Part shown: positions 48,901 through 61,908 of the stretch, in pieces
Layout: the number at the start of each line of letters is the position of its first letter
How positions within the stretch are numbered: the stretch's first letter is position 1
Source of the DNA: Minutocellus sp. GHC0000111
Taxonomy: Eukaryota
NCBI GenBank assembly: GCA_977018835.1
Contig: OZ361258.1
Span: forward strand, 2,418,001-2,482,000
DNA: 64,000 nt
Direction: 5' to 3'
Position numbers and translations under genes: made by a program
The notes under the pieces: generated by a model
The model's input: the letters and a program-made list of their open reading frames with translations, nothing else
Told to the model about the DNA's origin: nothing
Databases searched by the model: none

Positions 48901-49518
48901 GGTGCGCTCATGGACGAAAGCATAATTCTGGATCGACCTCTTACACCGCGATCTGTCAAGGTTGTTGAGACTATTTACAATTTGAAGGCAGTAATTTCAT
49001 ATTTGTTTCGCCAATACGACGTTGCTGCTCGCTGCACAGAGAAGGCTGCAGGTGTGACGTCGGGTCGGTCATTCTCACCGGGAACACAAGTTTTCTACTC
49101 CTTCTATAGGGGATTGATCGCCATTGAAATGTGCCGTGTAGAACCCACTCAAGCGGAGAAGTGGAAGGCTATCTTTGAGATGGAAGCAGCCAAGATGAAA
49201 AAGTGGTCCAACACAGCATCTTGGAATTGTGAGCACAAGCATCTGCTCTTTATGGCGGAAGCCTCCTATTTAGCTGGTGATCGAGATGCAGCCAAGATCA
49301 CCTACGAGGACTCGATTCGTCTGGCCTCGGATCATGGATTCATTTGTGATCAGGCTCTTGCCTGTGAGCGAATGGGACTCTTCTGCGCAGAAACTTCTGG
49401 AGCCGATGTTGCCCTGCCATATTTTCAGCGCGCATTATGTCTCTACCAGGAGTTTGGAGCGGAAGCCAAGGTCAAGCACCTGCTGGTATCTATCGGTTCA
49501 GGCGGTTTTCTGGGATAG
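45962..49518 (+). CDS. STAND-type AAA ATPase with a helical/TPR-like C-terminus, related to bacterial kinase-AAA-GAF-HK multisensor proteins; 5' end uncertain; intron 47997-48094
   Basis: LYGR, Walker A GYPGVGKS, Walker B LFLDDLQWAD, YRENEV, KTQGNSLF, FVHDQIREAAY and ALACERMG motifs. Confidence 0.88.
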
Positions 49519-49654
49519 AGTTCATTGAATTGGACACTCATAAGCTTTAATTAAAATGAAATGGCATGCATGAGCATGGTAGTGCTAAAAGTTCAATATC
49601 TACATAAAGCAAATTCGCTCCTATCCCAACGCTCCTTGATTTGATGGCATTTCA

Positions 49655-52600
49655 TTATCCGCCCATACGTGCATTCTCGACGTGCTTTGATTTTCTAATA
49701 GCCCCTATAGCAGCGTACAACATTTGTGCTCGCAAGGAATACTGGTCCGCCGCGTCAGTGTCGAAAGAGGTTCCGGGGCTATTGGAACAAAATATAGCAG
49801 CTCGTTCGTTCGCGAGGGCTTCTTCGAGAACAAATCGGTGCTCCCTTGCCAACTCAATGGCAACGCGATAGGCCTCGGCAGCAGCTGAAACCTTGTTATC
49901 CGCAAAAGCAATCTCTGCTTTCATAATGGAAAGCTTTGCCGAGAAGTTCCACGGGCATAGCGAGGCGAAAGTCTCCATACTTTTCATAGACTGTGCAGCC
50001 ATTTCCCTCCAAAACTCACGCTGATCTTCGTCTAATTCTCGTCGAATCATGTCCGCTGCAACGAGGCCCGTGTAGAATGTTTCGATCGCTTCATTACCAC
50101 CTCGAAAGGGTCTGGATTTGCGGAGGCTCTGGCACTTTTGCGCCATTTCTGCTGCTCCGTCGTGTTCACCAAAAAGATATGACAAGAACATCTTGAAGAA
50201 GTACACTATGGCAACGACATTCATTCGTTGATTCTCCAGCGCCTTGTTCAACAGCACATCCTCGTCCATCGCCTCTCCCGAAAGAACATTTGGATATTCG
50301 ACTGATGGATCCATCAGGTTCAAAGCAGTTTGAAGACAGGGAAGCGTCATTGTTTGCATGTGATGCGAAAGTTCCTTCATGCGCTTCACAAATGCACGAA
50401 TCTCTTCAGCGAGCGACATGAGATCTCCACCGCCGCACAGCAAAGCCGTTCTAGCATATAAATCAGCCAAGATCATGCTCCACTCCACGTCGCCAGCTCG
50501 CATCCCCTCTTCGTATCCCTCTTTAAGTTTCTGTATGTTGGCCTGGAAAGGCTCTGCTGACGGAAATACAAGACCATACGCGACGCAGTAGACCCGTGCG
50601 CAGTATTCCTTGTTTTGGAAACGATTTAACAGGGCAAGGCCAAGTTTTGCATACTCGTAGCCCTGAGACGCATTTATGTAGCCCAGAGAAGAGAATACCA
50701 CTGATGCCTCGCGACAAACTCCTCCTGCCAACACGACATTTGCCGCGCGAAATATAATGAGAGACATTAGATTCTGATTTGCCTGGAAGGCGTAGCGATT
50801 CATGGTCACAAAGAGCTTCATCAATGCAACCTTCGATTTGTCCTCTAAGACCGGTGCATTCTTGATTCCATCGATGCTTCTCTGAGCGAGAGCACCTTTG
50901 AGTCTGACATATTCTGTCATTACATCTTCTGGCTTGGGATCTATGGGAAAACTTTCCCCAAAGCTGGATAAAATGTCTAGCCCGAACTTCAGTGTGTCTT
51001 TCTGTCTCCCCTGCGCTCCTAATGTATTGAGCATGATGTAGTAAGCATCAAATTTGTCCTGTAGAGATCGCCCATTCGTCAAGACTGGGTCGAGCGTGAT
51101 CTGAACACCTTGGTAGTTCCCGGTGACATATTGAGCATAAGCGCACTTGGTGAATAAGTTGAGGATCAACTCGTAGTTTGCGTCCCAATCGGTTTCGCTG
51201 AGCATTGCCGATCCCTGAAGAAAATAAATCGCTGCCGTGCTGAATGCCGATGCAGCCAGTGCTCTCTCTCCTGCGTTGTAGCACAAACGGGCAAATTCAA
51301 CCTTTTCATCGCGGGCCGTAATAAGCTCAGCGCCTCGGCTCAACTGATCGACTGCAGCAAAAATTATGGTGTTGCTTTCTGGATCGGGAGATGTGACACT
51401 GTGGAAGTTTCTCGTATTCTCAAGAACACTGTCTCGAAGATGCCGGCCAATGTGTAGATGTGTGGCAATTCTATCACTCTGAGGGATGAGAGAGTATGCA
51501 GCCTGCTGCACCTTATCATGTGCAAACTTGTAGCTCGTCGATGGCCCCGTAACTTTTGTCATTAGACCTTCCTCAAGAAGCACCTGGAGGCATTCGGGAC
51601 CGACCACGGATGCAAATGTCTTGACGATGAACTCATCGCTGCGATGTCCCAAACAAGCCAAAAACTTGAGAAGCGACTGTACCTTCACGTCGAGCGATAG
51701 CATCTTTTTCACCATCAAATCAACAACATTTTCGGCAAGCACCTTGGAATCAATTGCGACAAGGTCCCATTTCCACCGACGAGCGCTTAGAGAGTATTGC
51801 AGGACGCCCTCATCTACCAAGGATTTTATGAACTGAACTACAAATAGCGGGTTTCCATCCGCCTTGGTATAAACCGAGGTGGCAAGGGTATCAACTTGCC
51901 GAGGTAGCAAATGAAGAGCATCTGCCAAAAAGGCAGTGACCTCACCACGTTGCAGATTCTGGACTTCAAATGAATTCACCTTGACTCCCAGCGAAGACAT
52001 TTTACTTAGTTCAACCCGCAGAGGATGACCCATACCAACTTCATTGTCGCGAAAAACAAGAATTACCAGTATAGAAGACATTTCATCGTCTGAACAAATC
52101 AATGAAATGAATTCAAGGGCGGCGCTGTCTGCCCACTGACAATCATCAAGAACGAGTAGGAGCGGGTGGTTTGGTGTTGCCAGTGATCGGATAAAGCATC
52201 GAAAATGGAATATGAATTGATTTAGGGACTCCATCCCCCCTAGCCCTCCCACCTCGGGGCAATGGTTAGCACCATGCGAGTTCGATGAAGACGCAGCGGC
52301 TAGAATTGTCCCAAGATTGGGCAGAGTAGATGCCAGAGATGATGAACCTCTCCCTTGTAACGCATTGATCACATCAATCTTGAGAGACGTCGCCCGATCA
52401 CTTCCGTTGCGAAGTAGATCGCCACAGAATTCATCGAATGCACCGAATACAACAGACAGCGGATTCGCATGCTTCGCCTCATCGAACTTACCCGACACGA
52501 AAGAACCGCGCATTTTCGCGACAGGATCGCGCATTTTATCAACAAGAACAGTCTTTCCGGTACCTGAGTAACCAGATAAGGCAATAACCTCCCGAGCATT

Positions 52601-54369
52601 GCCAGAAGAAACATCAGCAATCATTCTGCGGTGTCTTCCAAGGAGAGCGCGTTCCATTACCTGCGTAATGGCTAATAGGTGCCCACCGCGCCCGTACAGT
52701 CGAATGCCGTCCCCACCACCGAGGTCTAGTTGGCCTGCCATCGCGCCACTAAAGTCTACCCCACCACCATAAAAACTACTCCCATACAAATATCGTTGGG
52801 GTGTTTCCACCATGCATTGAATATCTTGCTCCACTTGTGCCACGGCACTGTAATGAATCCTATGTTCGATATTGTGATCCACTAGTGACGCTACTACAGC
52901 ACACAACGATGGGGGCACATCTCGGTCTAAGAGGACTGAATACGCATCCTCTTTTTGCTGCTGGCGTTGTTGCGGATGCCCTCGATGTGGATGATCGTTA
53001 TCCTCTGCGACCGGGGCTCCTGCTGCACTACTGCCAATGGCTTCGCTGTTACAAGCGTCAAAATTGGCACCAGCATCAGCACCAGCACTACTTCTACTTG
53101 CTCCTCTTAGACCCAGTTCGCCATGGCCAAAGCCAGTGAGATTCTGAAACAAAATAGATCCCAGCATAACAAGATCGGTCCCGCCAGATCTACGAAATTG
53201 ACTGGCCAGAGCCAAACAGCGCTGCAACTTGATTATTTGATCCAGGCTGTTCTTCTGGTCTTGGGTTGTCGGTGGCATCATCGAGCTTGTATTAGGAGTG
53301 GCAGCAGACATGGCGGCTAGCTCGTGAATCGGCCCAAGCTGATTTAACTGCTGTTGCCACGAAAGAATGGAGGCGGGCTGCTGCTGCTGCTGCGGTGACC
53401 CCACCGGGAGGGCCATGGAAAGCGATGTGCCACTGAGAGTTCTGGAACTAAGGCTCATTGCCGCTACGGATGATCCGTTAGATGAAACGGACATGCCCGA
53501 AGACGACGCCTCATCGCTTCCCGATCTGTTCCTCCCCCTTTCGCTTCTGCCGCCTCCCCTCGCCCCCGCCGCCTTGCCCTTTTTGCTTTCTCTTATTTTG
53601 CCGCCGGCGAAGTCCATACCGATGCCCGAGGCTGCGGCTGCGGCTGCCACTGCTGTCATTGTCACCTTCTGGTCCCTCTTGCTGCTGTCCTTGTTGTCCT
53701 TTTGGCGCAGCGTCATCTTGGCCTTCTCGAGGCACTGCTTGTCATCCGCCAGGCACCATAGCTGTTCGTCTTCTTTACTAGCCTTGTCGGAGCCCGCACC
53801 CGCCCCGCTCGGCTGATCCGATGCGAGCCTTAGGAATCGTCCCGGCGGATCCAGCTTATTCCTGACGTGATCCACCAGTCCCATGGCGATCTCATTCTTC
53901 TTCTTGACCTTGGTCGCGGCCAGATACTCTTCCTTGCGTTCGGCGACGAGACGTCGGAACAGCACTGTCCCCTTGGCGTCGTACGATCGCTGCCCCCGCC
54001 CCAGCAGGACATCGTGGGGTCCAATCTCCGAGAAACGTACGTATTGCTGCTGCTGTGTCGGCGGTGAGGAGTTGGTCTTTGTGGTTGATGTTGCGGAAGA
54101 AGGTGCTTCGTCGGTCTTATTGGTCTCGTTACTTGTGCCGCCGCCGTTAGGTACAGCGGCAGCCGAGGCGGCAAAGATGATTCCAGAGCCGGGTCGGCAT
54201 CACCTAACAAATTGCCGGCCGAATCTGCCTCTGCATCCTCGTCGTCAAGAAATTCCAGACTGCTCAGCAGATCTTCCGGAAGTCCTGCATCGGCGTTGGC
54301 ATCAGCGTTGGCATCAGCGTTGGCGGCTTCTTCATCGCCGAGGATGTTCGCCATTGCCGATGTGCTCAT
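49655..54369 (-). CDS. DUF6824 plus STAND-type AAA ATPase plus TPR-like protein; frameshift near 54183
   Basis: PHDVLLGRG..G..LFRRLV..RKEEY..K..IA..LV..V....PPGRFL..W....D...LEKAK..LRQ (DUF6824). Also GYSGTGKT, LVLDDCQWAD, GNPLFV, FAHDKVQQAAY and EALANERA. Confidence 0.88.
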
Positions 54370-55139
54370 AAATAAATCGATATGTAAATAACACGCAAAA
54401 GTATTATACAGATCGAACTAAGTTGTGGTGGAGGAGACAATCGCTCCTGTAACATGAGGTCTACTTGTGTGCGACTCAGTAATAGTCTGTTGGTTCGTCG
54501 AATATTGCAATATCCGGCATTCAAAAAATTGGCCTCAAAACAAGCAATGTGTTCAGCTGAATGTGTTGTGCAATTGAATAATGCATGCATCGCGGGGGAG
54601 GGTCGATCAAGGTGGGGCGAATCTGTGTACGAGTAAAGTCGATCGAGTCGGCTCATTGACACCAAACAGCTGGCTGCCGGCAGTTTTCTGAGAACCTCGT
54701 TCTTCGATCGTCATAAAGAAATGTCCTTGTCCCGGAGTGTTAAGTAATAAAATGAGTGACGCATGAAGAGTTTCCCGTAAAAAACACCATGAGCACCAGA
54801 GAAGGCAGAGAAGGCGTCACGACCAGGGCCAAGCGCAAAACTGCGGATGTCCGGTCAGCATCAGAACCCAAGAGCAATATCTCCGTTTTGCCTCGGTCCT
54901 CGAGACTCTTTGGAATACATACACACGGCGCCTTCGCCTTCCGATTGTGATTGGCTCCGACATTCCTCTGATCTTGGGCGAGCGTTGCTTTCTATCTTTT
55001 GATATTGTTGTTGTTGTTTCTTCCGGGAGAAACGGACACGAAAAAAAGAAAAGAGAAGCGGACTTACTCTCCCTCGGCAACAACTGCAAGTGCACACAAC
55101 AACCCCAAAGCCTCTAGAAGTTGCTAGCTGGCTTATTTC

Positions 55140-57666
55140 ATGACCCACCGAGTGCGGGAGGTCGGCGCCAACGACATGCATTCGACCTTTCACCACAATT
55201 CTTCTTCGCAGGTTGCTCAGGGAGGCGCGGGACATCGCGCGGTGATGACCAGTGGCGGCAGCAGCTCCTTCCCTCCTCCCAGCCGTGATGGCTTTGCACC
55301 AACTGCCCTCACCGCCACGAACCCATCCTGTTCTTCCAGCAACAATCCTCTCGCGGCTCTCGAAGAAGATCTCTTCTTTCATGACGACGGCATGAGTTGT
55401 ATGGGAATGTCCTCGTTGGGCACCGAACATCAGGACCGTCGTCAACAACAAGAAGCGGCGGCGTCGACGTCTCACAATCAGGCGCCGACCTCCCTGACCG
55501 CAACCTCGGAGACACTGGCCGACGCCCTCCGAGGCTTTCAGGAGTCCATCGCCCTCATGTCTCGGCCTCAGTCTCAGCAGTGTCAGACTCAGTCGCAGCC
55601 ATCGTCGGCGACCACACAAGGTGCAGGCATGCATTCCAATCAACGTCTCACCGCCCTCGTCAAGCCCTTCTTTCATAGTGAGATTGGAGAGCAGATTGGC
55701 CCGTCCAAGACACATCTGCCCATGAATGTGTCGAAGCGCATATTGCAGCAGTCGGCCGCACCTCCCGTAGGAGCGTTGGCACCAACAGCCCCCCAAGCGT
55801 TGCATTCCCAGACCATGGCGCGGGTAGCACCAGTGCAGCAGCCTTCTTCTAAGTCGTCGACCGATGTCAAGACGACGAAGAAGGCTGCCTGCGGCACAAA
55901 GAAGAAGAAGGGCGGGTGGAGGAAGCCGTCCGACAAGCCCAAACGTCCCCTCTCGGCGTACAATATCTTCTTTCAGGTGAGTGACCATTTTTATTTTGTT
56001 ATACTACGTAGTAGCTACGTAGTATGAATTTCTTCTCCCCCTTTTGCCTTGTTCTGATCCACACTCATAGTTATTTGTTTTTGCTAATATCAATTTATCT
56101 TCGCTGCCCTTCTCCCCATTACTCTCAGTACTACAGCACGAGCGAGAGAAGATTGTGAGTGCGGCCGAATCTTCGGGTGGCGAGGCGTCTATCCCATCCA
56201 TCGCCACAGAGACCCGGGGAGTGCCGGTGGCGGCTTTGACCAAGGCCGTCTACACCGGTGTCAACGATCAGCTCCAATCTCAGACCGGGGGGTCTTCGCA
56301 GTCGCCTGCTGCTGCCGCATCCTCATGCATTCCGCACCAGCGTGCCCTCGTGGCCACTTCCAGCCCCAGTGCTGTCCAAACCATCAAAACTCTTCAGAAG
56401 ATCATCGTGCGTTCCCGGGGACAGACCAAGGGAACGGCTGACAAGGCCAAGTCTTCCCGATCGCACACCAAGACGCACGGGAAGATCTCCTTCGTCGACC
56501 TTGCCAAGACCGTTGCCAAAAAGTGGAAAGAGCTCGACCCGGCCAGCAAGGCTGTGTACAACGCCTTCGCCGATATGGAGCGTAATCTGTACAAGGAGAA
56601 GGTCAAGGCGTGGGAGCGCAAGAAGAAGGCCGAGGCTGAGGCCGAGCTCAAGACTAGCTCGGCCGACAAGGAGGCTGCTGTTGTCGCTGATGCTCCCAAG
56701 CAAGCCGCCGCTGCCTCCAGCAAGAAGCCTCCTCTTGGCGATGAGCAAGCCGACAGGATGCGCCGCATCCTCGAAAATGCCAGCCGTCATGGGTCGATCC
56801 ACAACACCAACGTATCTTCTTCGGACGATGGCTCCTTGGAAGACGATAGCGATCTCTTTCCCGAATTTGCCATTCCTCAAGACGCGGCTCGCCGTCCAGC
56901 GACAGCATCTGACCGTACAGCTATGGCGGGCACCTCCCTTTCTGTGGCTCAGCTCAGTGCTGGGCCCGGACCCTCCATGAGCCAGATTGCCTCGTACGTT
57001 TACGGAATGCATGAGCACTACAACAACTCGAGCGTAGCAGGGCACCAAAATCACGTACCAACGGGAAGTAACTTGGCGTCGCGCCTCGATCGGATTGTTC
57101 ACAAGAGCAGACCGCCCAAGGTGCAGACGCCGCGGCGACAGGAGCTCCCTCATCACAGCACCAGCGTCTGCAACAAGGCCATTACAACCCTGGCGCCACA
57201 AAACACCAAGTCCATTGGATCAACCTCCCTTGCCAGCATGCTTGATGATATGTTTGGCACTGATACCGACATTCAGGCTCGGGGAGGAAGCATCTGCCAG
57301 ATCAAGGATGCCATCGCCAAAACCACAATCCAGCACCGCCATAATCATCCGATGGAATTTGGAGACGACGACATGCTCTTCGACTTTTCGTCCGACCACA
57401 CCCCTGCCGCAGCTGCTACAGAGCTGAACATCCTCAGCCCTTCCATCCAAACAAATAATGAGCATCATATCGAGCCAGCGCCCTACGTTGCCGATGATGC
57501 AGCCTCCTCCGCTGCCGCAATGAACAACCCAATGTTTGATCCTCTGCACATGCATGCCGAGGGTGTATCGCAATCCAACAACATTGGCGCAACTCAAGGA
57601 GCCGCTGATCCACACGGCCTCAACGAATTCTTGCGTTGGGCTTTTGAGAATGGAATCGATGAGTGA
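55140..57666 (+). CDS. HMG-box transcription factor; exons 55140-55976 and 56137-57666
   Basis: KPSDKPKRPLSAYNIFFQ|HEREKI ... HTKTHGKISFVDLAKTVAKKWKELD.....Y...AD.ER..Y.EKVKAW. Confidence 0.88.
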
Positions 57667-57909
57667 TAGGCTGCCCAGCTAGCGGCTACCAGTTCTAATG
57701 TACGACATATTGTACGAATAGCAGTGCATACACATGCATAAATATTACCAATACATAAAAAGTAGAGTGAAATAATACATGATTTGTAATACGTACATGA
57801 TACTAAAATATCTAGCAAGCATCGGTCAAGGGACTTGCATCGGTCTGTCTCAACCATGAGCGTACGAAGACAACGTCCGGACTATCTATTCGTCGCATTT
57901 GGTAAACAT

Positions 57910-58832
57910 TTATACTTTGGCGTCGTACATCCCACCCGATCCGCTTTCGTGATATTGTTCTTCCTCCTCTTCAGTTTTTCCACCGCGGCACTTGGCCAAT
58001 GCGCCCATACCAATGCGACGCCATTGATGGTGTCGGGAGCAAAAGTATTGGTGATGAGGTCCTGGGGTTCTTGAAGCTCGGCGTAGATCCAGCCATTGGC
58101 CCAGCTCAAAACACAGGCAATGGTGTAGTTGGGTCCCTTCTTGAGATTAAAGAGAACCCAGACCGACACGGCGTGGAGCACGGCGAGGCTCACGATGCCA
58201 ATGGCGAGCTGAATATCGGCGGGGGCTGCCTTCCACACAGCAACGACGCTGACATTGAGGGCCGATGCGGCAGTAATCCAACCAGCGTGGATGGCGAAGG
58301 GGAAACGCAGGAGCCAAAATTCGACCAACTTGCCGGTGCTTTCTGTGTAGTACTGAGAATACAGCAGTCCGTAGAGCGAGAACAGGATGAGCAGCATAAA
58401 GACCAAGGAAAGTGGGATGATCTCGTAGGCAAAGCTGAAGGTCCAGCCAACTTGGGCGAGGCACACTCCGCAGTACCAATACGAGACGCCATCTTGCACC
58501 ATGGGATGGGCACGGAATCGTTTGAGGAATTGGACAATGGCAAAAATGGCCTGGAAGATGAAGATGACGGCCCAGATGGAGAATGCAGTCGACTTGGGCG
58601 TGATGATCGTTTGGTACTTGATACTGAGTTCCCCGTTTGTTCCATTGCCAAGCCATCCGTTCGTGCCAATGCCGTAGGTGAACACAATATTGAAGATGTA
58701 GGCAAGCAGATTGAGAATGTTTTTGTGATTGATTTTGGCCGGCGGGTCAGCAGCGGAGGAGGCGGCGGTTTCCTTCAGGGCCTCGCCCTCTGTGTCGGCA
58801 TTGTTTTTGCTAAGCCAGCTTGGGAGGGACAT
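57910..58832 (-). CDS. Multi-pass membrane protein (TspO/lantibiotic-permease-like); C-terminus disrupted near 58015
   Basis: S.KYQTIITP...AFSIWAVIF and PFAIHAGWITAA motifs; 7 hydrophobic segments. Confidence 0.7.
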
Positions 58833-59258
58833 GTTCGGTTGTTCGATTGTTCTAATTGATTGGTTCGATATTTCTTTGGTTCAGATGACTGCGTTGCTTC
58901 TTTCTCAACGATGGGCAGGAGAAATGAATACTGTGGAAGCGTGGAGGTGGGTTCCAAACTTTTCCAATTTGTTCCTGCGTCTCGTCTGGTGGGATTGCTC
59001 TCTCCTGCCTGACTCAGTAGAGTTATGACGTCATGAAAGGTCGACACAATAGCCCCACGATGACCCATTGTCGGCATAAATAATTATCATAGCAACTGCT
59101 CGCCGATGCCGAGCGTCAGCTATGATCGTGGCCTATGTCGCAAGGGTCGTGGCACCAATAATTATCTGTGATCAGGCCCCCAGCCAACTGACGGCAACTA
59201 ATCGGCACATTACATTTCACAGCCAGCACCTTTCACGTTTTGAACATCGACGACAAAA

Positions 59259-60017
59259 ATGGGCTTCTTTGGAAAGAAGAGCAAGCGCAAGGAAGAGACC
59301 GACAAGGCCGACGCCACCACCTCGGTGATGAAGCTGCGACAGGCGGTAGAAGATCAGGATAAGAGGTGAGTGGAAATAAATTTAATGGCGTACGAAGGAT
59401 ACTGAATACAATAGAAATTCCTAGTATCTCACTAACATTACATGTATCTATCTCCGCTCCCTCGGCGCCCCTCCGTCCGATATATCAGAGAGGCTCACTT
59501 GCAGAGGAAAATCGACCTCATCACGCAAGATGCCAAAACCAAAATGGCACGGGGCGACAAGAAGGCGGCATTATTTGCCATGAAAAAGAAGAAGATTTAT
59601 GAAAAGGAAATAGAAAAGATATCCAACGTCAAGCTAACCCTGGAGACGCAGCAGATGAACTTGGAGAGCGCGGCACACAACGCCGAAACCTTCAAGGCGA
59701 TGCACAGTGGCACATCGGCCATGAAGAAGATTCGCAAGACCGTGGGCATTGATCGTGTCGACGACATGATGGATGATATGCGGGAGGAGATGGAGGCCAC
59801 CGATGAGATTAGCGATGCCCTGGCTCAACCTCTGGATCCCTTGATGGAAGACGATGACGATCTGCTCGCCGAGCTGGATCAGCTAGAGATGGAGGATCTG
59901 CAGGAACTGGACTCTCGCCTTCCCAGTGCCCCTTGGGGAACCAAGAAGTCCAGCGCCAATCAGGAGGGTCGTCTTTCCAACAACACATCTGGAAAGGTTG
60001 CTCTGAGAGCATGGTGA
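59259..60017 (+). CDS. VPS32: ESCRT-III Snf7/Vps32 (CHMP4) homolog; exons 59259-59365 and 59489-60017
   Basis: MGFFGKK..KLR.A...Q.KRE.HL..KI...ALFAMKKKK.YE..LE.Q..NLES..D.VDDMMD...EIS.A..DDDLLAEL. Confidence 0.9.
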
Positions 60018-60104
60018 TGGTATTCTAGGATACGATATCGATACGCGGATTGAACGAGAGTAGATGTAGGTGTATAATAAATAATATATATTATATAAAT
60101 AAAC

Positions 60105-61409
60105 TTATATATTATATAATAAGAACTCCAGCTTCGTCTGGAGATGTTGAATCTCTTCGTTCTTCTTCTTGAGCGTATTTGTCGTTTGTGACCGAGTCCA
60201 GTCGACCTTGAGTCTCAGCTCTCCATACTTTTCTTGCATACTCTGCGGCTCGGACTCCAACGCAGCTGATTCATTTCGTAAATCGTTGATAAGAGCATCC
60301 TTCCTGGCATTTCGCTTGGACATGGCAGCAGAACGAGATTTCAATAGATCAACCTCACGCGATGCCGATGATAGATCCTTTAGCGCTTGGGATTTGGCAG
60401 ATGCTTGCTGCTTGATTTGCATCATCAACGTTTCAATGTGCTCGGCCAATACCTCGGTTTGTTCCTTTGACTTCGCAAGATCCTTCTCGGCTCTTGCTCG
60501 TAATTCTCTTTCCGTTCGAGCCCTATCCGCCAGCTTGGACACCTTAAGCTTTAGATCAGTTTCGTTGCCGGAGTCCGCATTTGCACCGTCCAATTGTGCC
60601 TGCAAGTCGACTAATCTTTTTTCGAGATGTTTGCTTCGCTGCTTTTCCGTGACCAATCTTCTATCAAGCTTTTCGAAGTTTGACGCATCATTATTATGCT
60701 GCTGGCTTTTGGACGTATTGGATGTATTGCACAAGGGCCTGTTCTCCGCCGATGACGGTGGCAATGTCGACGAAGCAGACGATTCCTGAAGGCGTAGCCT
60801 CAGAAGCTCTGCAAGGGGCACATTTTGGTACTTGTCGATGGCATCGGCTACACCAAGGCCACTCAGTAGGGCTTGGCTGTATGCCGATACCTCCGCGTTT
60901 ATACGTGCCAGCTCTTCATTTGCACGCTCCAACCGAAGACCAAGAGCCAAATTCTTCTCCTCTGACTTGACGAGCCTATCACTGGTATCTATTAGTCTTT
61001 GCTGGATAGACAGAGATGGACTCGCAGTTGTTCGTGTCGCAGTAGCTGTGTTTTTTGTGCTAGGCGAGGGAGATGGTGCAGGTGAAGGTAAAGGCAATGA
61101 TTCCTTGCTTTCTACAGCAGGGACATCCGATGTTGATGATGTGGGCTCTGAAGCATTCCCGATACTTCCTTTTGCTTGCAAGGTAGGCGCCGGTTCGATT
61201 AGAGGCCACTGCAAATCATCGTCTGCTTCGGCAGTAATCCTGGTATCATCACCCTCGCCGTCGTTGTCTTCATCAGGTGCTCTACTCGTGCATGTGTTGG
61301 TATCGCCATCGTCATCGTCGTCTTTGCTACTCTCGCCGTCTGACCCAAAGTCGTCTTCGTAGTCGTCGTCGTCGTATTGATCGCCTGAGTCGTTTGAAGC
61401 GTCGCTCAT
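60105..61409 (-). CDS. Coiled-coil hypothetical protein with an acidic N-terminus
   Basis: 434-aa ORF with a heptad-rich C-terminal half. Confidence 0.7.
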   Translation of the reverse strand: MSDASNDSGDQYDDDDYEDDFGSDGESSKDDDDDGDTNTCTSRAPDEDNDGEGDDTRITAEADDDLQWPLIEPAPTLQAKGSIGNASEPTSSTSDVPAVESKESLPLPSPAPSPSPSTKNTATATRTTASPSLSIQQRLIDTSDRLVKSEEKNLALGLRLERANEELARINAEVSAYSQALLSGLGVADAIDKYQNVPLAELLRLRLQESSASSTLPPSSAENRPLCNTSNTSKSQQHNNDASNFEKLDRRLVTEKQRSKHLEKRLVDLQAQLDGANADSGNETDLKLKVSKLADRARTERELRARAEKDLAKSKEQTEVLAEHIETLMMQIKQQASAKSQALKDLSSASREVDLLKSRSAAMSKRNARKDALINDLRNESAALESEPQSMQEKYGELRLKVDWTRSQTTNTLKKKNEEIQHLQTKLEFLLYNI

Positions 61410-61908
61410 GGTCCTTTAGTAGAGGACACGGTGGGGGGCTTCAGTTTGAGTACAGGTTCGTCCGCATGACGTTTTCACCCCTCGCTCGCCTCGTGCCAGG
61501 TCATCACACCGCTTCATTTCATTGTGACCAGCCCATCATAAATCACGGCTGACAAATAAACAAGCATCTCTTCTCCCTTCTATTAAGGAGCTCCTTTATG
61601 GTCATCTTCTCGTTATGCCTTGCATTTTGCATCTCGATGAGCGATGAGCGAGCATAGCAACCGAGCAACCGAGCGAGCAGAAGTCATATCATCCTTGCTT
61701 TGGTCTGGCCGTCGATCGCCTGCACTCCTGCACGAATTCGAGCGAAGGTTGCACAGGCATGATACGAGGAAATCAGAGAGAGGTCGATACCCTCCAATTG
61801 CAGTATTGGTCTGATTCAGCCACCACGTACCGCCATCGTTTTCATACACAGTCCCATTCCATACTGCTGAAAGCTCCTATCGTTCAACCCAACGTCACTT
61901 CTCGCAAC

